A stretch of DNA of 32,255 nucleotides, taken from NCBI GenBank assembly GCA_037445735.1, contig JBBIJY010000029.1, positions 1 to 32,255 of the forward strand. Reading direction: 5' to 3'. The stretch comes from Armatimonadota bacterium. Lineage in GTDB: Bacteria > Armatimonadota > Fimbriimonadia > Fimbriimonadales > GBS-DC. Below are positions 26,479 to 32,255 of the stretch, in pieces; the first letter of the stretch is position 1; each line of letters opens with the position of its first letter. The notes beneath the pieces are model-generated. The model saw only the letters and a list, made by a program, of their open reading frames with translations, was not told the DNA's origin and did no database searches. A program made the position numbers and the translations under genes.

Positions 26479-26894
26479 AACTGCTGGGGCGTTTACTGGG
26501 CGGTTCGCGTCGGGGCGTGCGCCTGCCAGCGATTGAGCGGGCAGAGGCGTTGCGCCTGCGCCCGATTCGCAATCCCATCGTGCGCTACGAGACCCTTGAC
26601 AACGGCTGCACGGTGCTGATTGTGCCCCTGCGCCGCCGCGGGCTGATGCGACTGCTCTGCAGGATTTTCAGGCTACCCGCTGAACATCGCATCGAGCTGG
26701 ATGAGACGGGCAGCACTGTGTGGAACCTGTGCGACGGTCAGCACAGTGTGGACGCGATTGCGCAGCGGCTGGTGCGCCACTACAAACTGGAGCGGCGCGA
26801 AGCCGAGTATGCGCTGTTCGCCTTTCTCAACACGCTGGTGCGACGCGGGTTCGTCGCATATACGAATCCATCTAACAGGCGCAGGAGGCGATAG
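26475..26894 (+). CDS. PqqD-family (RiPP recognition element-like) protein
   Basis: IELDETGSTVWNLCDGQHSVDAIAQRL..FLNTLVRRGFV is the PqqD winged-helix signature. Confidence 0.85.
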   Translation: MKLLGRLLGGSRRGVRLPAIERAEALRLRPIRNPIVRYETLDNGCTVLIVPLRRRGLMRLLCRIFRLPAEHRIELDETGSTVWNLCDGQHSVDAIAQRLVRHYKLERREAEYALFAFLNTLVRRGFVAYTNPSNRRRRR

Positions 26895-26897
26895 ACG

Positions 26898-27524
26898 ATG
26901 AGCATGACCCAGACGGGCAGAGGCGCGATTCGCCGGCAGGTGCAGTTGCCGCTATCGGTGGCGTTCCGCATCAGCCTGCTGAACATTCGGGTGCGGTTCC
27001 TGCGCTCGCTGATTACGGCGGCGGGCGTGATGCTTGGGATCGCGCTCTTCGCTGCTGTTCGCAGTGCCAACCTCTACGCGCCCCCTGCCGACCTCAACGA
27101 CCCTGCCGCGCTGGAGACCGCCACGCGCCAGACCTGGCTGGTGGTGATGAGCCTCGTGCTGTCGGCGGTCGGCATCACCAACTCGATGCTGATGGCGGTT
27201 GCCGAGCGCTTTCGCGAGATTGGCACGATGAAGTGCCTGGGCGCACTCGATTCGTTTATTGTGAAGCTCTTCTTTATTGAGGCGGGGCTGATGGGCGTCG
27301 TGGCGTCGGTGGCAGGCTCGGTGGTGGGCTGGGGGCTGATCACGCTCCTGACCCTGTTTCGGCAGGGTGTGGGAGCGATTACGGCGGTCAGCCCGCTGGC
27401 GTGGCTGGTGCTGTTCCTGCAGGCGATGGGCATCGGGGTCGTGCTGACGGTGGTGGCGACCATCCTGCCCGCCTATCGCGCCGCCAAAATGCCGCCCGCC
27501 GCCGCCCTGCGCGTGGAAGTGTAA
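26898..27524 (+). CDS. FtsX-like (type VII ABC) permease, minimal 4-TM form
   Basis: RSLITAAGVMLGIA, GITNSMLMAVAERFREIGTMKCLGA, PAYRAAKMPPAAALRVE. Confidence 0.88.
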   Translation: MSMTQTGRGAIRRQVQLPLSVAFRISLLNIRVRFLRSLITAAGVMLGIALFAAVRSANLYAPPADLNDPAALETATRQTWLVVMSLVLSAVGITNSMLMAVAERFREIGTMKCLGALDSFIVKLFFIEAGLMGVVASVAGSVVGWGLITLLTLFRQGVGAITAVSPLAWLVLFLQAMGIGVVLTVVATILPAYRAAKMPPAAALRVEV

Positions 27525-27618
27525 GTAGCCCTTGACCTTTAGCCCGTCTCCAAACCCTACTCAGTCGATGAAATCTGCCTGTATCAGCAGGGGAAGAGGG
27601 TCGGAGTGCGGGTAAACT

Positions 27619-28785
27619 CTAACACCTCTCCCCAAAATGCGCCAGCACCTCCACCAGATCCCCCTCATCCACCACCCCATCCCGATTGACATCTGCATAT
27701 CCCGTTCCACCAAACCCAAACAGCACTGTTAGCAGATCGCTATCGTCCACACATCCGTCTCCATTCACATCCCCTCTCCGCCAGGTGTCCAGCACATAGC
27801 CTGCTGGATACACATACCATGACTCGCGCCGCCGCCTACCTATCCCCACGATGTACCGTCCATCATCCGATATCCCGTTCGCGCTCAATAACCGCTCCCC
27901 CGGCTGCAATAAGCCTCTATACACCTCGTTCAGATCCTCCAGTCCCCGTCCCTCTACCCACCGCCATCCATACCGCTCATAACCTGACCGCTCCCCCACC
28001 ACCACCCGTCCATCTCCCGATACATCCCATGCATAGTTGTTATCATCACCGCGCCCACTCCATGGCGCCAACACCTCCATCCCGCCCCACACCGTCCAGC
28101 GAAACGGTATCACCGCCAGAATGCTGTGCGGGACACGCGAGAGGTAGCCCACTCCCACCACCACCGTTCCATCTGCTGAGACCCCATAGGCAGTCGTCAT
28201 CCGCGTGCCCGGCAGCAATCCCAGGCTCTCTAACCCCTCCTCTGTCCAGCGACAGGCGACCTCTCCTCCCTCCAGCGGATTTGAGGCATCCCCCACCACC
28301 ACCGACCCATCCGCTGACGCTGCATACGCCATGCTCACCCAGCCCCCTGGAAACGGGGGCAGGTACTGCAATCCTGTCGCCTCCCGCCAGCGGAAAGCGA
28401 TCGCATAGCCCACCCACCCCACCACAGTGGAGCCGTCCGCTGAGACTCCTTCGGCGATCCCCCCGCTGGCTATATTCTGCATCCCCTGCTCAGGTGTCCA
28501 GCGAAAGGCATAGAAAGCACCCCCCTGGACACCCACCACCACCCGCCCATCCGCCGAGACCCCCCGCGCCCAACTACCGGGGGGACCTATCCACTCAAAC
28601 CCGCCCCACTCTGTCCAGCGGAAGGCTCCGCCCTCCACCAGCATGCCGACCACCACCGCTCCTGCTGGCGTGGAGGCGACACCCTCCATATAACCAACCT
28701 CATCCAACCAGATCAGGCGTTGGGCGGGTAAGGGAGTGACCAGCAGCCCTATTGCCAGCAGCCCGCTCCATCCCAGCTTGCACAT
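27619..28785 (-). CDS. Secreted HAF-repeat (beta-propeller-like) protein with a C-terminal dockerin/EF-hand-like domain
   Basis: Signal peptide; repeats of A.GVSADG.VVVG..AFRW; GDVNGDGCVDDSDL..ADVNRDGVVDEGDL; SD GGAGG. Confidence 0.85.
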   Translation of the reverse strand: MCKLGWSGLLAIGLLVTPLPAQRLIWLDEVGYMEGVASTPAGAVVVGMLVEGGAFRWTEWGGFEWIGPPGSWARGVSADGRVVVGVQGGAFYAFRWTPEQGMQNIASGGIAEGVSADGSTVVGWVGYAIAFRWREATGLQYLPPFPGGWVSMAYAASADGSVVVGDASNPLEGGEVACRWTEEGLESLGLLPGTRMTTAYGVSADGTVVVGVGYLSRVPHSILAVIPFRWTVWGGMEVLAPWSGRGDDNNYAWDVSGDGRVVVGERSGYERYGWRWVEGRGLEDLNEVYRGLLQPGERLLSANGISDDGRYIVGIGRRRRESWYVYPAGYVLDTWRRGDVNGDGCVDDSDLLTVLFGFGGTGYADVNRDGVVDEGDLVEVLAHFGERC

Positions 28786-28823
28786 TGCCCGTACCTCCGC
28801 TTGGGGAGCAGTTCCCCCCGAAG

Positions 28824-31520
28824 CTACTCGTCGCCTTGCATGCCCATATTCTGAGCGACAATTACCACATCCTGCTCATCCACGATGCCATCTGCGTTCA
28901 CATCCGCTTCCGAAAGCCCAGTCGCACTCTGCCTCTCTAACACCCGTACCATATCTGCCAGGTTGACTTGATTGTCTTTCACCGCATCTCCGTTGTGCAA
29001 CGGAATGAACAGCGCGCCATCCGGCTGCCAGTGGACCAGCATCCGTCGCCCCAACCACGACCGATAGGGATGCACATAAAGTTCATAAACGCCTGCCGGC
29101 AAGCTACTCCACAGGGGGAGGGTGACCTGTCCTGAACCATCGGGAGACACCATCGGCAGCGTGTAGGTGCGGACCGGCACACCTGAGAAGGGGTTTCTGA
29201 ACTCAATTGTAAGAGGGGAATGCTCCAGCAGCATTCCCTGCTCAACACTCACCTGCTGTACTCCCTCCAACTCCACCGTTAGCTGCGTCGTGCCTGGCGA
29301 AAGAGGACATATAATATTCAATGGGAACCGGCACGCTTTGGACGGAACCCCTTCTTCATCAACCAGAAATAGCATATAGTAGCCCGGTGGGGCAATCCAA
29401 GGACTCCAGGGTGCCGTCGCATCCAAGTAATAACCGGTTTCGTCTCGAAACGCTTGGAAGTGGAGCCGCACCAGACGCTGCTCAAAATTAAACCCGTGAG
29501 CTACCGAACCAGTCCGCATCAGCACCACCGAGCGAATCGACGCCCCCGATACGCTCGGTTGATATTGTAGCCGAAGAACCTGTCCATAATCCTGAGACGG
29601 CCATCCAGCCGCTAAGATCCGGGGGCGTTCTTCGGGCAAACGCGGTGTGCCTTCTGCCCTGAACAGGTAAGGAGGCTCATAAATCAGCGGTACATAGTTA
29701 TAGATCCGCTGCCCATTTTGATCCAACTCCGCTGTGCCAGCCACCAGCACCCGCCCATCCATCAACAGGAGCGCTGCAAAGGAGCCTACCCGAGCACCTT
29801 CTATAAGCCCATCTCCATCCAGGTCAGTTGTGGGAGGAGATGCCAGCAAATCCCAGCGCCCTAAGGTCGCTTCCTCCCAAGTGTATAACTCCGCTGCCAG
29901 CACAGTATCCTCTGGATAGCGCCACGGCTGACGAGACACGCCCCCCACCACGACTATCTGCCCGGTGGGTAGCAGTACCGCATTATGATAAGCACGCTTA
30001 GTGTGCATCAACGGGCCCGCCTGAATCTGGATGTCCGGCAGATTCCCCGTAGAGGGAGAAAAGGTCAAAACCTCGGTAGAGGCGTGCACCTGCCCCATTT
30101 CGTCATCATAACCTCCGAGCACCAGCACCCGATTCAACACTTGATCCTTCCAACCCATCGGGTTCTCCACAGGGTTCGCCAGCAGCACCGAATTACCCCC
30201 AATTCGTTCCACCATGCGAAGGGGTGCCCCATCAGGTTGATACCACTGCCATGTTCCAGTCAATATCCAGGTTGTTTTGCCAGGTCCTGTATAGGCAACA
30301 TGCGCTCTAATCTGAGAAGCCGGGTCGTTATTATAGGGGTAGTAATAGGAGACTAAGTGCAGGCGCGGATAGGACCCACCGAGATCGCTTATAGCTTGAT
30401 CAGGCAAGGGAAATGTCGATAGCCAGTTCCAGTTATTCGGGTCTGGATTCACTACCGAACACGCATCATAAACCTCAAAGGTGTTAGAGCGACGCTCCCC
30501 TACCGAAGTGCTATACCATACGCCGCCAACAACGAGGATTGCCTTCCCGCGAAATTCGGGGGAAGGCAGCATCAACACGCTGGGACCCCAGCGCGGCGCG
30601 GGTGGATCGAGCAATTGGGTGGGACGGTAGATGCCAACCCACATGTTTTGATGAACATTTGTGTCATTATAATTAAAATCCTTGAAAACCGTCAGGAGGC
30701 GTAATCCCACATAACCGATATCATCCTCCGAATCTGGGGTGCCGTGCAGAGTTGCATGTCCACCCACAATCAGCAACTCACCTGAGGGTAGATGCGTGTG
30801 CCCGCTGCCATAAAGATTATGGCCCGGCCAGTTATGTCGAGGTGAATTGTTTAACCGAGTAGCATCATTCAGTGGGTCATCAAAACGATACCGTACGTAG
30901 CCGTGTGTGCTACCTGGAACCGGGTTATTAGCCGGGAGTCGTGCATCTTCAGGTGTACGCCATAGCAACACAGGTGTCCACTGCAACTTATCCAGATACC
31001 CGGAAATCTCGGAATAGTAGGCAGGCTCCGCCTCGCGTGTAAATATTCGCTGGCTCTCTCCTGCAGGCAGCGCCCGCCCATGGCCCCACAGTAGCACCCA
31101 GCCGTGGCAAAAATCCTGATCTGGATCGGAATAATATCGAGGTAATAGGGCAGCCGATATCCCGTAAACGGCGTGCCAGTTCCGATCCCACGCCTGCCCT
31201 TCTGGAGCGTAGGCAATGCCTGCATCATCAATGTATTGTTGATCTGTGGGAAATCGACTCAGGTTCAGACGCCAGCGAGCAGGGCGGTTGTAGGTAATCC
31301 AGCTACCCGTCTCGTCCAAATCAAGATCCGGATAGAACCAGCGCCAGCGACCCTCTTGAGACGGGTTCTCACCTTGGGCCAAAGCGCGCATCGGAGTGGG
31401 AACATACAAGTTGCCAACCATCATAGCAAGGATGAGAATGAGACCACAGCGGTAGTGTAACACACAGGTTGAAGAGGGGTTTCGATATGCAGGTTTCGAT
31501 ATGCAGGTTTCGATATGCAA
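28824..31520 (-). CDS. Secreted galactose/glyoxal-oxidase-fold (AA5-like Kelch plus DUF1929) protein with a dockerin-like tail; catalytic residues degenerate
   Basis: SGHTHLPSGELLIVGG, YPRLHL, NAVLLPTGQIVVVGG, LLLMDGRVLVAG, YEPPYLF..RP, GSVAHGFNFEQRLV, APPGYYMLFLV..GVPS; GDAVKDNQVN..ADVNADGIVD. The TTG start is uncertain. Confidence 0.85.
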   Translation of the reverse strand: MHIETCISKPAYRNPSSTCVLHYRCGLILILAMMVGNLYVPTPMRALAQGENPSQEGRWRWFYPDLDLDETGSWITYNRPARWRLNLSRFPTDQQYIDDAGIAYAPEGQAWDRNWHAVYGISAALLPRYYSDPDQDFCHGWVLLWGHGRALPAGESQRIFTREAEPAYYSEISGYLDKLQWTPVLLWRTPEDARLPANNPVPGSTHGYVRYRFDDPLNDATRLNNSPRHNWPGHNLYGSGHTHLPSGELLIVGGHATLHGTPDSEDDIGYVGLRLLTVFKDFNYNDTNVHQNMWVGIYRPTQLLDPPAPRWGPSVLMLPSPEFRGKAILVVGGVWYSTSVGERRSNTFEVYDACSVVNPDPNNWNWLSTFPLPDQAISDLGGSYPRLHLVSYYYPYNNDPASQIRAHVAYTGPGKTTWILTGTWQWYQPDGAPLRMVERIGGNSVLLANPVENPMGWKDQVLNRVLVLGGYDDEMGQVHASTEVLTFSPSTGNLPDIQIQAGPLMHTKRAYHNAVLLPTGQIVVVGGVSRQPWRYPEDTVLAAELYTWEEATLGRWDLLASPPTTDLDGDGLIEGARVGSFAALLLMDGRVLVAGTAELDQNGQRIYNYVPLIYEPPYLFRAEGTPRLPEERPRILAAGWPSQDYGQVLRLQYQPSVSGASIRSVVLMRTGSVAHGFNFEQRLVRLHFQAFRDETGYYLDATAPWSPWIAPPGYYMLFLVDEEGVPSKACRFPLNIICPLSPGTTQLTVELEGVQQVSVEQGMLLEHSPLTIEFRNPFSGVPVRTYTLPMVSPDGSGQVTLPLWSSLPAGVYELYVHPYRSWLGRRMLVHWQPDGALFIPLHNGDAVKDNQVNLADMVRVLERQSATGLSEADVNADGIVDEQDVVIVAQNMGMQGDE
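31478..31519. repeat. Tandem repeat (GGTTTCGATATGCA)x3
   Basis: Three perfect 14-bp units at 31478, 31492 and 31506. Confidence 0.95.
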
Positions 31521-31644
31521 ACAATGTGCCCCCCGTGCGCAACTTGCTGGAGAGCGCGCTGCATCATCCTAACTATTTGACTTTGCATCATTGCGACCCC
31601 CCTCTCTACTTGTGCTGCCTTCTGGCATTTTGGCAGCTGGTGAT

Positions 31645-31674
31645 ATTATACCCCATCCATGAGGCGTTTGTCAA
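31645..31674 (-). promoter_or_regulatory. Sigma70-type promoter (TTGACA-N18-TATAAT) for the oxidase-like/HAF operon
   Basis: Both hexamers are perfect on the minus strand, next to the IS end. Confidence 0.7.
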
Positions 31675-31682
31675 GGGGTTGG

Positions 31683-32255
31683 GAGGGTGTTCGAAAAATC
31701 CTCTGAGTAGGGTATCCTCTCCCCTATGCACGCCAAAACCCAATCCAACACACGCACCCTGCTGGCAACCCTTGCCACCCTCAGCGTCCAACACATGCTC
31801 CGCCTCGCCCAGCAGTTCACCCAAGAACATCCCATGCCGCCCCGACGCGGACGCCCTCCGCGCTACCCGGAATACCTTGTGCTGGCGCTTGCCTTGCTGC
31901 AGGTGCGCGAACACTGGAGCTACCGCGCCCTCCAGCGCAAGGCACGCGAGCTGCTCGGAACCGACGCCCTGCCTGCGCTGGGCACCCTGTGCTATCGGTT
32001 GGCGCCGATCGACGACGCCCGCTGGCACGCCTGTTTGGCGTGGTTAGCGGCGCGGGGGATTGCCAGCGAGCGCGCCCGCGTGACTGAAACTCCAGAGGCG
32101 CCGCTGGTGCTGGTCGATGGCATGGGAGTAGGGTCCAACACGCTGTTTGACGCGCGGTATCGGCGAGGGGTAGAGATATGGCGGTTGCGCTCGCATGGGA
32201 AAGCCGTCGTGTTGGGGTACGGGCAAGGGGGCGTGGTGTGGGTCGTGGGGGCGTC
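31683..32255 (+). mobile_element. Insertion sequence, left part (IS5/IS4-like DDE type); runs off the window
   Basis: Terminal repeat GAGGGTGTTCGAAAAATC followed by a transposase-like ORF; same end as the MITE at 11386-11499. Confidence 0.7.
31726..32255 (+). CDS. Transposase, N-terminal part (absent from the ORF track because it has no stop in the window)
   Basis: MHAKTQ..RRGRPPRYPEYLVLALALLQ..WSYRAL..LPALGTLCYRL..LVLVDGMG resembles the DDE_Tnp_1-type N-terminus and first catalytic Asp. ATG 7 nt after gggTATCCT. Confidence 0.75.
   Translation, partial: MHAKTQSNTRTLLATLATLSVQHMLRLAQQFTQEHPMPPRRGRPPRYPEYLVLALALLQVREHWSYRALQRKARELLGTDALPALGTLCYRLAPIDDARWHACLAWLAARGIASERARVTETPEAPLVLVDGMGVGSNTLFDARYRRGVEIWRLRSHGKAVVLGYGQGGVVWVVGA

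Noticed and set aside
26475..26894. PQQ or RiPP biosynthetic gene cluster call based on PqqD
   Set aside because: No pqqA/B/C/E, modifying enzyme or credible precursor peptide in the window.
27554..27564. 11-bp inverted match (ACCCTACTCAG) to 31703-31713, as a possible far boundary of the island
   Set aside because: Short, internal to the IS rather than at its terminus, and similar to the local promoter motif; plausibly chance.
31478..31519. Short repeats considered as a CRISPR array
   Set aside because: Units are contiguous 14-mers without spacers, and there are no cas genes in the window.
31469..32047. 192-aa plus-strand ORF and 140-aa minus-strand ORF at the right end
   Set aside because: They cross the repeat, promoter and TIR. 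The transposase-like frame starting at 31726 explains the region better.

Overview
GC-rich bacterial chromosomal window. The gene content (PEP-CTERM protein, proteins with C-terminal 'GDVNGDGCVDD' dockerin/EF-hand-like tails) suggests Armatimonadota, which is an inference. Housekeeping genes: groES-groEL with a CIRCE element, tRNA-Gln(CTG), lgt-lspA, a TerC-family gene, secE-nusG-rplK-rplA, galT, K+-independent hppA, a ROK kinase, orphan atpZ/atpI-like genes, aspartate kinase with a separate ACT protein, tatA and mlaEF. Accessory features: (i) an apparently exact 1759-bp tandem duplication with a CTGG microhomology, copying a PEP-CTERM gene and truncating a GH5; (ii) a 114-bp MITE between the tRNA-Gln and groESL promoters that shares its ends with an IS at the right window edge, with all three visible element ends the same distance from an outward -35 box; (iii) a tightly linked tatA/unknown/PqqD(RRE)/minimal FtsX-permease operon with no RiPP enzyme in view; (iv) a lower-GC island encoding a galactose-oxidase-fold protein that has lost its Cys-Tyr radical cofactor residues and carries a 14-bp x3 repeat at its start; (v) many -10 boxes 7-10 nt before ATG, suggesting leaderless mRNAs.
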